The position numbers and the translations under genes were made by a program. DNA of 32,000 nt from a cyanobacterium endosymbiont of Braarudosphaera bigelowii. GTDB taxonomy: Bacteria; Cyanobacteriota; Cyanobacteriia; Cyanobacteriales; Microcystaceae. The notes below the pieces were generated by a model that ran no database searches, had not been told where the DNA came from, and saw only the letters and a program-made list of their open reading frames with translations. This document shows positions 9,444 to 18,591 of the stretch, in pieces. Within the stretch, counting starts at the first letter, position 1; each line of letters begins with the position of its first letter. The stretch spans positions 510,001-542,000 of the forward strand of contig NZ_AP024987.1 of NCBI RefSeq assembly GCF_020885515.1, given 5' to 3'.

Positions 9444-9767
9444 ATGTCAGCTGCAGCTCAAGTTACAGATAGTAGTTTTAAAACAGATGTTTTAGAGAGT
9501 GAAGTCCCTGTTTTGGTTGATTTTTGGGCGCCTTGGTGTGGCCCGTGTCGTATGGTAGCTCCAGTCGTAGACGAGATAGCAGAACAATACGCGGGGCAAA
9601 TAAAAGTAGTCAAACTTAACACTGATGAAAATCCTAATACGGCTAGCCAATATGGAATTCGTAGTATTCCTACTCTTATGATTTTTAAAGGAGGTCAAAG
9701 AGTTGATATGGTTGTAGGTGCTGTTCCCAAGACAACTCTAGCTTCTACTCTTGAGAAATATCTTTAG
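9444..9767 (+). CDS. trxA: Thioredoxin (m-type)
   Basis: 107 aa with the WCGPC active site. The sequence is near-canonical for cyanobacterial TrxA ([23 protein letters not shown]...[15 protein letters not shown]). Confidence 0.97.
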   Translation: MSAAAQVTDSSFKTDVLESEVPVLVDFWAPWCGPCRMVAPVVDEIAEQYAGQIKVVKLNTDENPNTASQYGIRSIPTLMIFKGGQRVDMVVGAVPKTTLASTLEKYL

Positions 9768-9795
9768 TTTCTGTTAGAAATTCAAAACCATATCT

Positions 9796-9829
9796 AAGAG
9801 GTAAGCTTGTCAAGACTTACCTCTTTTTC
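9796..9829 (+). terminator. Rho-independent terminator of trxA
   Basis: AAGAGGTAAG (9796-9805) pairs perfectly with CTTACCTCTT (9816-9825), and a T-run runs out of the stem (CTCTTTTTC). Confidence 0.7.
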
Positions 9830-10019
9830 AATAGAGTTAACCATATTATATGCACCACTCAATGATTAATATTCGAGATCATACTATAGTGTTGATGAAT
9901 AATTAGAACTCAACATTACTGTTAAGTGATTTCTATAAATACTTTTGAAATATGTAATAAAAATCAATCAGCTAATATTGCAAATTTATGAAATATTCAA
10001 GCTATGCTAATTACTAATC

Positions 10020-11309
10020 TTATTTTACAAAACTAGCGATTACTTTTCCTTTTATTTTTTGCCCTAACCAAAAAGTATTATGACTCAAAGAATAAAGGTT
10101 AGAGGGAGAAATTTCCCAAGATTTTTTAGGATCAAAAATAATAAACTCTAAAGGAGAACCTGCTTTAATAGGACTTAAGGGCTCTCCTAAATATTCACAA
10201 GGTATATTGCTTAGTACTTTCCATAGTTGAAGTGCCGACAATTTTTTAGTTTCTACTAATTCCTGCCAAAGTAAGGGTAATGCTAGTTGTAGTCCTATTG
10301 TTCCTGTAGGAGCGTCTGCAAAAGGTACTGTCTTTTCTTCATAAGTATAGGCATGATGATCAACTGCTACCATGTCTATGATACCTTGTGAGATAGCATC
10401 AATTAATACAGTACGATCCTCTAAGTTACCTAGAGGAGGATTCAATCTCAAACTAGAATTATAACTAGCAATTGCTCTTGAATCTAATAATAAGTGCATC
10501 CAAGTTGTGCTTGCAGTAATAGGAATACCTCTTGATTTTCCCCACGCAATTAGTTCAACGGAACGACGCGTAGAAATCCTCATTAAATGAACAGGAGTTT
10601 GAGTAGCAGCTACTATCTCTAGTATTGCCGCAACTGCTGTAGATTCTGTTATCGAAGGATTAACCTGAAGTCCACAACTAATTGAAGAGAAACCTTCTCT
10701 TATTACTCCATCTCCTCTTAAAGAAAAACAATCTGGAACTAAAGCAATAGGTTTACCTAGAGGTTTAAGATATTCTAGTAATCGCCATAGCATTCCTAAA
10801 TTTTCTATTTCCCGATTGTCTGTAAATCCTAAGACTCCATTCATTGCTAGTTCTTGTAACTCTGCCATTTGTTTTCCTTTCGCATCTTTTGTAAGATTTC
10901 CCCAAAAATTTAGTTTTACAGAAGAAATTTGTTTTGCTCTTTGTTGCAAATAGGAAAGAGAAGTTAAGTTATCAACTGATGGAATAGTTTGAGGAAGAAT
11001 ACCAACACGGGTGAACCCTCCTGCAATGGCAGAGGCTGCTAAAGTATCTAATGTCTCTCTAGTTTCATAACCAGGTTCTTCACTATAGCTATATAAATCC
11101 ATTAGTCCGGGAGCAAAAATAAGATCTTTACCATTAATAATTTTTACTTCTGAAAAATCTTCATTTAGGTGATGATCTATCTTAAGAATTTTTTCTCTAT
11201 CTAATAAAACATCACAAATGGAATGAGTATTGGCTACAGGATCTAAAACTTGAATTTGTCTCAATAAGGTTAAAGAATAAGTTATCATATTAAAATTAAA
11301 GTTAAACAA
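10020..11309 (-). CDS. Dihydroorotase-like amidohydrolase (class I PyrC fold) with degenerate metal-binding motifs; likely start is the ATG at 11288
   Basis: Overall PyrC-like pattern: APGLMDL...EEPG.E.RETL...AGGFT, ...ISTRRSVELI..., AVDHHAYTYEEK. The canonical D-x-H-x-H-x-R-E-P-G reads DLYSYSEEPG here (11082-11099). The track ORF starts at a TTG (MFNFNFN) before MITYS. Confidence 0.75.
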   Translation of the reverse strand: MFNFNFNMITYSLTLLRQIQVLDPVANTHSICDVLLDREKILKIDHHLNEDFSEVKIINGKDLIFAPGLMDLYSYSEEPGYETRETLDTLAASAIAGGFTRVGILPQTIPSVDNLTSLSYLQQRAKQISSVKLNFWGNLTKDAKGKQMAELQELAMNGVLGFTDNREIENLGMLWRLLEYLKPLGKPIALVPDCFSLRGDGVIREGFSSISCGLQVNPSITESTAVAAILEIVAATQTPVHLMRISTRRSVELIAWGKSRGIPITASTTWMHLLLDSRAIASYNSSLRLNPPLGNLEDRTVLIDAISQGIIDMVAVDHHAYTYEEKTVPFADAPTGTIGLQLALPLLWQELVETKKLSALQLWKVLSNIPCEYLGEPLSPIKAGSPLEFIIFDPKKSWEISPSNLYSLSHNTFWLGQKIKGKVIASFVK

Positions 11310-11623
11310 GCATTCTGACTAGATTCTCAATACTTAAAGATAATATATTTATTTTTCGATTAATTTAAGTTATTTACTATATAAATAATTATCACATAAC
11401 TGATTAAACTTCTTATACTTTACTAAATAGCTTTTTATATGAGAATTTAATTCTTTAGATTAGTTAATATTTCTAATAATCGGTCTGGTTTTTAATAAAA
11501 GAAGTTTTCATTTATTACTTTTTTTAAAATGTTTAATTAGTATTTTTTTACTATCAAAGTAATCTAGTAAAACTATTACTTAATTTTTTTTATTTTTAAT
11601 GTGATGAATATTTAAATATTATA

Positions 11624-13021
11624 TTACTTGAAAGTACCAATAGTATCTTTAAATATAAGAACTTGTTCGTCAGCATAACCAGCAAAGGTTCTACTTATAA
11701 TAAGTTTGATTTTGATACCTAAACCAGATTGTAGGTATTTTAGATCAATAGGTAGTTTTCCAATATCGATTATAAATTGATTACCGTTTAAAATAACTAA
11801 CTCATCTGGAATATTTCCTCTATATTTTGTACTATAGTCAGAAACAGGTCGTAACCATGGATCTGAATAAGTAACACTATAAATAATACTGAATTTAGTT
11901 GAGACTAAATGAGACTCGTCTGCTTTATCAATTAACTTAAACTGTAAATTTTTTCCTTTCCCAGAAATCTCTTGAGCTTTTAAGCGAGTTACATCACTTT
12001 TTTTTATGGAGTTATGAACTATAAATTGCGTAATTTTTTTATGTTGTTGTGTGGTTGCTTCTATCCAAATATCATCAGGAATATTGACTAAGATACCTTT
12101 GTTACTAATGTATTGTAAGGTTACTTGCTCATGAGAAAATTTATTAAAGGATTGAGGGGCATTCCAAATTAATAAAAAAGAATGTTCTAGTCTTTCTATT
12201 AGTGCTAGATACTGATCATTAATTATGGAAGCAGGACTAAATAAAGAAGATGCGTTATTCTTAGTTTCCCAAATGTTTTTTGATAATAAATAGCCCTTAT
12301 TTTTTAAGGTAGACATACTTACTGTTATTGCTGATTTGTCAGGTTCAAGAGGTTTATCAAGATTTATTAAAGTTAAATAACCTCTTTGTCCATCCTTTCC
12401 AAAAGTTCCACTGACACCATTGGATCCATTTTTACCATCTTGACATTGAAACTTTAAAGTTGTGCAGCTATAACCAGATTTACCTGGATTATTATCGCAA
12501 CTTTCTAGTGCCCAATAAGAACTGTTACAACGACATCCTTCTCCTCCAATGCCACCTCGTCCTGGTTTTCCACCTTGTCCTCCTGATGCATTAACAAAAA
12601 TTTTGCTTAGATTTTCAATATTACTTGTATATAAAGTCAATGAACCTCCATTCCCTCCATTCCCTCCATTCCCTCCACTACCACTATTACCACCATCAGA
12701 GGCTTTTAAGTGATATTTAACATCTAGAGGTTGAGCTTTACATTTTGCATCTTTGCCGTGTTCTCCATTTTCTCCTGGTTGTCCGTTTTCCCCTGCTAAA
12801 TCTAGATCTAGAGGAGAGTCATCAATAAAAATAGTTAAATCTTCGCTATTTTTACCATCTTCTCCTGATGTGCCATGATGAGCATTAATACCATTCTCAC
12901 CGAATGTTGTTACTTCAGTAGCAATTGCAGATTTTATATAAAATTTAAGTGCTACAAATGATGAAGAAATAATAAGAATTTGAGGGAAAAGTATAAAAAA
13001 AAGAAGTTTAATTAATTGCAT
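11624..13021 (-). CDS. Hypothetical secreted glycine-rich protein with short collagen-like G-X-Y runs; no family recognised
   Basis: 465-aa ORF. The N-terminal signal peptide has an A-x-A site (KSAIA/TE). G-X-Y runs include GENGQPGENGEHGKD and GKNGSNGVSGTFGKDGQRG. A GGNSGSGGNGGNGGNGGS block is present. Six Cys cluster in the N-terminal half, and the C-terminal half is beta-rich. AT-rich spacers of 314 and 231 bp flank the gene. Confidence 0.6.
   Translation of the reverse strand: MQLIKLLFFILFPQILIISSSFVALKFYIKSAIATEVTTFGENGINAHHGTSGEDGKNSEDLTIFIDDSPLDLDLAGENGQPGENGEHGKDAKCKAQPLDVKYHLKASDGGNSGSGGNGGNGGNGGSLTLYTSNIENLSKIFVNASGGQGGKPGRGGIGGEGCRCNSSYWALESCDNNPGKSGYSCTTLKFQCQDGKNGSNGVSGTFGKDGQRGYLTLINLDKPLEPDKSAITVSMSTLKNKGYLLSKNIWETKNNASSLFSPASIINDQYLALIERLEHSFLLIWNAPQSFNKFSHEQVTLQYISNKGILVNIPDDIWIEATTQQHKKITQFIVHNSIKKSDVTRLKAQEISGKGKNLQFKLIDKADESHLVSTKFSIIYSVTYSDPWLRPVSDYSTKYRGNIPDELVILNGNQFIIDIGKLPIDLKYLQSGLGIKIKLIISRTFAGYADEQVLIFKDTIGTFK
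12645..12680. repeat. 9-bp tandem repeat (CCTCCATTC x3, plus a degenerate fourth copy) encoding the (GNG)n block
   Basis: Read directly: cctccattc cctccattc cctccattc cctccacta. It is in frame within the 11624-13021 ORF. Confidence 0.85.
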
Positions 13022-13252
13022 TTATTCGTTACATGGTTAACGATATTAAAATTATAGAAGACTATGTATTACAAAATTTTGTTTCTTAAATGCTATTTTA
13101 CTTACTATTAATAATAAAATTAACTTAGCAAAATTTAATTTATAATTAAATTTATAAATATAAACAACTTTAGAATTTGAATCTAAGTTTTAAGTATTGT
13201 TTGTATTTTATAGACCAAATGTTTAATTGCCTTTTGTATAAGTAAAATATTA

Positions 13253-14431
13253 TTAAAGTGTATTGATGAATTCTTCTATTCTATCCATTCCTTTTTTAAT
13301 AGATATTAAGTCAGCAGCATAAGAAACACGTATACAATCATCATTACCAAATGCTTGTCCTGGAATAACAGCAACTTGATATTTTTCCAACAAATCATTT
13401 GAAAATTGTATAGAATTTTTGCTTATTTGACTAATATCAATAAATACATAGAATGCTCCCATTGGAATGGGACAGCTTATTTGAGGAATTGATGCAACTC
13501 TTTTAAGGACGCTGTTACGACGATTAGTAAAAGCATTTAACATTTCCTGAACACATGCTGAAGATTCTTTCTCTTTCAGTGCAGCAATGGCTCCATATTG
13601 AGCAAAAGTGCAGACATTAGAAGTACTATGGCTTTGAACAGTACTAACAGCCTTAATTAAGTTACTAGGACCAGCCAAATAACCTAAACGCCATCCTGTC
13701 ATAGCATAACTTTTAGAAAATCCATTACTAATAATTGTTTTTCTAAGAATATCTTTTCCTAGTGCTCCAATACTGATGTGTTTTGTTTTAGAGTATAAAA
13801 TTTTTTCATAAATTTCATCAGAAACAATCCATATATCATATTTTATAATTATTTCTGCTAACTTTTTAAGTTCTTGATATGTATAGACTGCACCAGTAGG
13901 ATTAGAGGGAGAATTAAGAATAAATAATTTTGTTTTTGGAGTAATAGCCTTTAATAACTGTTCCGGTGTAATTTTATAATTTGTTTCTGCTTTAGTTTCT
14001 ACAATAACAGGTATACCTTTCGCTAGTCTAACCATTTCAGGATAACTAAGCCAATATGGAGCAGGAATAATTACTTCATCTCCACTTTCTATCAGAGCTA
14101 ACATTAAATTAAATAATGAATGCTTACCTCCATTTGTTACGATAATATTATCAGGAGTGTAATCAAGTCCGTTATCTTCTTTTAGTTTATTTACTAAAGC
14201 TTCTTTTAATGCTAATTCACCTGATACAGGACCATACTTAGTCTTTCCTTCCTGTAAAGCTAATATTGCTGAGTTTTTAATATGTTGAGGTGTATCAAAA
14301 TCTGGTTCTCCTGAACTAAGATTATAGATATCTATGCCTTGTGTTTTCATCTGTTTAGCTTTAGCAGCAATACCAAGGGTTATCGAGGGAGTAATTTGCT
14401 TTACTCTTGCTGCTAGTTGATTCATATTCAC
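13253..14431 (-). CDS. Pyridoxal-phosphate-dependent aminotransferase, class I (aspartate aminotransferase type)
   Basis: 392 aa with GEPDFDTP, the PSNPTG motif and the PLP-lysine motif [17 protein letters not shown]. Confidence 0.88.
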   Translation of the reverse strand: MNMNQLAARVKQITPSITLGIAAKAKQMKTQGIDIYNLSSGEPDFDTPQHIKNSAILALQEGKTKYGPVSGELALKEALVNKLKEDNGLDYTPDNIIVTNGGKHSLFNLMLALIESGDEVIIPAPYWLSYPEMVRLAKGIPVIVETKAETNYKITPEQLLKAITPKTKLFILNSPSNPTGAVYTYQELKKLAEIIIKYDIWIVSDEIYEKILYSKTKHISIGALGKDILRKTIISNGFSKSYAMTGWRLGYLAGPSNLIKAVSTVQSHSTSNVCTFAQYGAIAALKEKESSACVQEMLNAFTNRRNSVLKRVASIPQISCPIPMGAFYVFIDISQISKNSIQFSNDLLEKYQVAVIPGQAFGNDDCIRVSYAADLISIKKGMDRIEEFINTL

Positions 14432-14562
14432 TCTTTCAAACCTGATATATTACTATTAATTACTCTACAACATTTCTTTTACAATACACTTTTAGTAACA
14501 TTTTCTTTTTTCTTGAATATAATTTTTTTTATAACAATTAGTAACATTTCAGTTGATTAATA

Positions 14563-14601
14563 TTATTAAATATCTATATGGTTCATATAGATATTTAATA
14601 A
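14563..14601 (-). terminator. Perfect 18-bp A/T-rich palindromic hairpin downstream of ndhD (candidate terminator)
   Basis: 14563-14580 pairs perfectly with 14584-14601 around the loop GTT (TTATTAAATATCTATATG GTT CATATAGATATTTAATAA). It lies between the ndhD stop and the aminotransferase start. The stem is not GC-rich. Confidence 0.4.
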
Positions 14602-14678
14602 AAATGTTTAATATCTATACTTTTTTTATTAAATAATTTTCAACTATAAGATTTATCAATTATTAGCTATATTATTTT

Positions 14679-16139
14679 TTATCTTATTAACAAAGTATTT
14701 ATTGAGGTTTCACTCCAACGTAATAACCAGCTTGGTTGAATTCCTAACATTATAATTAAAACTGCTAAAAGCAATGCTGGAGAACGCTCAGACCAGTATA
14801 TACGAGGAATATCAATTAATCTTGGAGTTAATCTTCCAAAAAAAACACGATTTACCATCAATAAAAAATATACTGCGGTTAGTCCACTACCTATCAAACA
14901 GAGCAAAGTTTGAATTGGAAAAACAGGAAAACTACCTCGAAATACAAGAAATTCTGCAATAAAACCAATCATCCCAGGAATACCAGAACTCGCCATTACT
15001 CCAAGAATAATTAAGCTTCCTGTAATAGGTAATCCGTTCTGTGAGTTGAATAAACCAGATAAAAAGTCTACATCACGACTACCTGTTTTTTCATAAACAA
15101 TTCCCACAAGAAAAAATAATAAGGCAGAGATTAATCCATGACTGATCATTTGAAAAACAGCAGCATTCAAACTTAATGAAGTGTTTGCAGATAATGCTAA
15201 CAAAACATAAGCCATGTGAGAGATAGAAGAATAAGCGACCACTTTTTTCATATCTTTTTGTGCTATGGCACAAAAAGCTCCATATAATGCACTAATAACA
15301 GCTAAAGTTGCCAACATAGGAGACAAATATATCCATGCATCTGTAAATAAGCCAACGCCAAAACGTAATAACCCGTAGGTACCTAGTTTTAGTAAGACTC
15401 CAGCTAATAAAATTGAAACAGGAGTTGAAGCTTCTACATGTGTATCTGGTAGCCAAGCATGAAAGGGAACAATAGGAATTTTAATGCTTAAGCCTACCAA
15501 TAATGGAATTAATAGAAACAGCTGATGTGTAGGAGATAGAGAATGAAAACGCAAAGACCAGTAATTAAATGTAGGTATACCTGATAACCATACCAATCCC
15601 AAGAAAGATATAAAAATGAAAATTCCAGAAATAGATGTATATATTAGAAACTTAATAGAAGCATAATCACGTTTTATCCCTCCCCAAATTACAAGTAAAA
15701 AATATAGTGGAATAGTTTCTAACTCATAAAAAATAAAAAATAAGAGTAAATCCTGTGATAAGAAAGCTCCAGAGATACCGCTGTTTAAAATCAATATTAG
15801 TCCGTAGTAAAACCTTTGTCTTTGGATATTTTTACTACTGCTATAAATAGTAATTAAAGTAAGAAAATTATTGAGACATACCAAAGGTAATGATAACCCA
15901 TCGATTCCGAGACTATAGTTTAAACCAATTCTATCTATCCAAAGAAAAGATTCATAGAATTGTATTTCGGGATTGCTTACATTAAATTTAAAGCCAATAG
16001 CTATAGTTAAGGCTAATAAGATGACTGATATGAAAATAGCAAATAAACGACAATAGTCATTATCTTGCTGTTTAAAAAAAAATATTATTAAAATAGCACT
16101 TAATAAAGGTAACCAAATTAAGCAACTAAGAACTGGCAA
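14679..16139 (-). CDS. ndhD: NAD(P)H-quinone oxidoreductase (NDH-1) subunit D, CO2-uptake paralog type (NdhD3/D4-like, probably D4)
   Basis: 486-aa polytopic antiporter-like protein with LGIDGLSLPLVCLN, FFIFYELETIPLYFLLVIWGG and FHAWLPDTHVEAST. The short length and the position immediately after an F3/F4-type ndhF support the paralog call. Confidence 0.85.
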   Translation of the reverse strand: MPVLSCLIWLPLLSAILIIFFFKQQDNDYCRLFAIFISVILLALTIAIGFKFNVSNPEIQFYESFLWIDRIGLNYSLGIDGLSLPLVCLNNFLTLITIYSSSKNIQRQRFYYGLILILNSGISGAFLSQDLLLFFIFYELETIPLYFLLVIWGGIKRDYASIKFLIYTSISGIFIFISFLGLVWLSGIPTFNYWSLRFHSLSPTHQLFLLIPLLVGLSIKIPIVPFHAWLPDTHVEASTPVSILLAGVLLKLGTYGLLRFGVGLFTDAWIYLSPMLATLAVISALYGAFCAIAQKDMKKVVAYSSISHMAYVLLALSANTSLSLNAAVFQMISHGLISALLFFLVGIVYEKTGSRDVDFLSGLFNSQNGLPITGSLIILGVMASSGIPGMIGFIAEFLVFRGSFPVFPIQTLLCLIGSGLTAVYFLLMVNRVFFGRLTPRLIDIPRIYWSERSPALLLAVLIIMLGIQPSWLLRWSETSINTLLIR

Positions 16140-16262
16140 TTTTTTAACTCCTAGAATATAAAGAAATACTCATATAATAATTATTAATTATTATGATCTA
16201 TGGTTGAAAAAAACACTTTTAGCATTCTATCTACAATATTCTTATTTAAGAATAAAAGCTCA

Positions 16263-18161
16263 TTAACATAATGAGTTAATCGAAGTAACGTTAGAAATTA
16301 ATAGTAATTGATTCTTAAACAGAAACCATACTAGTATACTAAACCATAATCCTGAACATATTGTTAACACATATAATTGTAATTGTCCTGAACTAGAATA
16401 TTTTAAAATACTACTACTAAAGAAAACTATATAACTAATTAAATTATTCAGTCCATCAACAATATAACTGTCAAACCAGGATGTGATCCACGAAATATTT
16501 TTAACTAAGCTTACAACAGTCACAGCATAAACCTGTTCTAAGTAAAAATCATGAGCAAATATATTTTGAAAGAAATGTAACCATAAATTGGTAGATCTTT
16601 TCCTAGATACTGTATATGCAGTCCCGAACAAACATCCAAACAAACCTGATACAATAATTAGAAGACATACTGGACTAATTACAGATGGATAATTAGTTAA
16701 TATTGTAAACACTGGAGAAAGTTCTGATTTCCAGCGAATAGGTATTATAGGCTCAATTAAAACAAAAACTATTAAAACTACCATTGGGAACGACATAAAC
16801 CAAGTAACTTCTGGTGTTCGTTTAGTTTTATTTTGAAAAGTTCCTAAAAAAACAGTACAAAAAACTCTAGTCAGATTAAAAGCACATAAAGTATTAATTA
16901 TTAATAAAGTAACTAGTAAGTAAGGAGAAATACCCCAATAACCATCAAGCCAACTTCTCCATGTCCAAAACATTCCCATAGGGAACGACGCGATCAAACC
17001 AGTTAAACCGACAAGAAAAGCAACAGTTGTAACTGGCATTCTTGACCAGAGACCTCCCATTTCTGTAATATTCTGGCTATTTGTAGTGAAGATAACAGAC
17101 CCAGCACTCATAAATAAAAGTGCTTTTGGAATTGAATGTGCGTAAATTAATAAGAAAGCAATATCAACATGACCTAAACCAGCAGCAATAAATACTAAAC
17201 CTAAATAGGTACTTGTAGAGTGACATAAAGCTCTTTTAATATCTATTTGAGCCATAGCTATTAAGGAAGTACCAATACCAGTAACAACTCCTAAAATAAC
17301 TAATACATTAGAGGATGTTGAGGATAAAGCAAAAAGTGGTTGGAGCTTGATAAGGACATAAGCTCCAGCAGATACAACTATAGAGTTTCTCATAATGCTC
17401 GCAGGATTAGGTCCTTCCATAGCTTTATCCAACCATAAATTTAGAGGAAACTGAGCACATTTACCTGTTAATCCTGCAATAAGCGATAATCCCAATAAAG
17501 TTATATTTAACGTGGACACTGAAGTATTTAAAGCCCAAGTTTCTAATTCAGAAAAAGTTAACCCTTCTCCGTAGCTTGATAAAGCTACCAATCCCATAAA
17601 GAAAATTATATCTCCTACTCTTTTAGTTAAAAATGCATCTCTTGCTGCTGTTTGTACTAATGGTTGAGCATACCAAAAACCTACTAAAAGATATGTAGAT
17701 AAAGTTAAAATTTCTAAAAGTCCATAACTTAATAATAAAGAATCACTAAGGGCGATACCTCCTAAAGATGCTTCAAAAATTCCCATCATTCCCAAAAAAC
17801 GCGCTAGCGACCAATCTTTTTCCATATAACCTAAAGCATAAACTTGAGATAAAAAGCTAATACAAGTAATAAGCTCTAAAGCTCCCAAGCTAATTGGAGA
17901 CAATTCAACAGATAAAGATAGATGTAAATTAGCTATATTTAGCCAATCAAAGGCTAAATGTTTAACTGGTTTTCCCCAAATTAGGATAAAAGCAAAGGAA
18001 CTATGGATAAATGCTAGGCAACTCATTAATAAATTTAAATAAGCTCCAAAAAGAGGACCAATTCTGAGAGTAATATTGATTGACCAAGGTAGGGAAAATA
18101 GTGTACCTATCAAACCATAAAAAGGAATTAGCCAGCTACTATACAGAAAAAAAATACTCAT
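16263..18161 (-). CDS. ndhF: NAD(P)H-quinone oxidoreductase (NDH-1) subunit F, CO2-uptake paralog type (NdhF3/F4-like, probably F4)
   Basis: 632 aa. From memory, GYMEKDWSLARF and LVGFWYAQPLVQTAARDAFLTKRVGD are typical of the NdhF3/F4 clade rather than NdhF1. Confidence 0.85.
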   Translation of the reverse strand: MSIFFLYSSWLIPFYGLIGTLFSLPWSINITLRIGPLFGAYLNLLMSCLAFIHSSFAFILIWGKPVKHLAFDWLNIANLHLSLSVELSPISLGALELITCISFLSQVYALGYMEKDWSLARFLGMMGIFEASLGGIALSDSLLLSYGLLEILTLSTYLLVGFWYAQPLVQTAARDAFLTKRVGDIIFFMGLVALSSYGEGLTFSELETWALNTSVSTLNITLLGLSLIAGLTGKCAQFPLNLWLDKAMEGPNPASIMRNSIVVSAGAYVLIKLQPLFALSSTSSNVLVILGVVTGIGTSLIAMAQIDIKRALCHSTSTYLGLVFIAAGLGHVDIAFLLIYAHSIPKALLFMSAGSVIFTTNSQNITEMGGLWSRMPVTTVAFLVGLTGLIASFPMGMFWTWRSWLDGYWGISPYLLVTLLIINTLCAFNLTRVFCTVFLGTFQNKTKRTPEVTWFMSFPMVVLIVFVLIEPIIPIRWKSELSPVFTILTNYPSVISPVCLLIIVSGLFGCLFGTAYTVSRKRSTNLWLHFFQNIFAHDFYLEQVYAVTVVSLVKNISWITSWFDSYIVDGLNNLISYIVFFSSSILKYSSSGQLQLYVLTICSGLWFSILVWFLFKNQLLLISNVTSINSLC

Positions 18162-18591
18162 TTATAGTGATTAATTTACTTTAATAAAATTAGTCCAGAA
18201 AATATTATTAAAACCATATACTATCTTTTGCTATTTTTATAAGGTAATTTATGTCTGAAACTATCTTATAAAAAGCTTTTAATCTTAACTATATAATTAA
18301 TATTTAGCTTATATCAAACTAGTTCTTAAAATTATCAAGTCAAAAAAATTAGTATTGGTTGTTACCACATAAACTACTTACAATTTATAGATTATATACT
18401 TTCTCTATAATCAAAATATAGTTTTTTTATATAGTAAAATTACTGAATGATATCACAAGATTATTTATGATATTTAGAATTAATATATTGATATTAATTA
18501 AATTTTATAGTTTTCTGCCAAGTTTTTATAAACATCCTAAAATAATTAGTCATATAAAAATTTGATTTAATTTTAATTTTTATATCAGGAA

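Noticed and set aside
14774-15273. Small ORFs inside or antisense to ndhD (14774-14962 +, 15091-15273 -). Similar nested ORFs occur at 6061-6288, 6697-6879, 7420-7602, 9492-9698, 21242-21424, 23937-24167, 28211-28396 and 28583-28777
   Set aside because: All are nested in, or antisense to, well-supported conserved genes. All are about 60-75 aa with composition typical of off-frame translation.
18162-18591. NdhR/CcmR-type LysR operator upstream of ndhF
   Set aside because: I looked for ATAG-N8-CTAT-like or T-N11-A dyads. I found only short A/T dyads (for example CTATCTTTTGCTAT) that are expected by chance here, so they cannot be supported without a position-weight-matrix scan.
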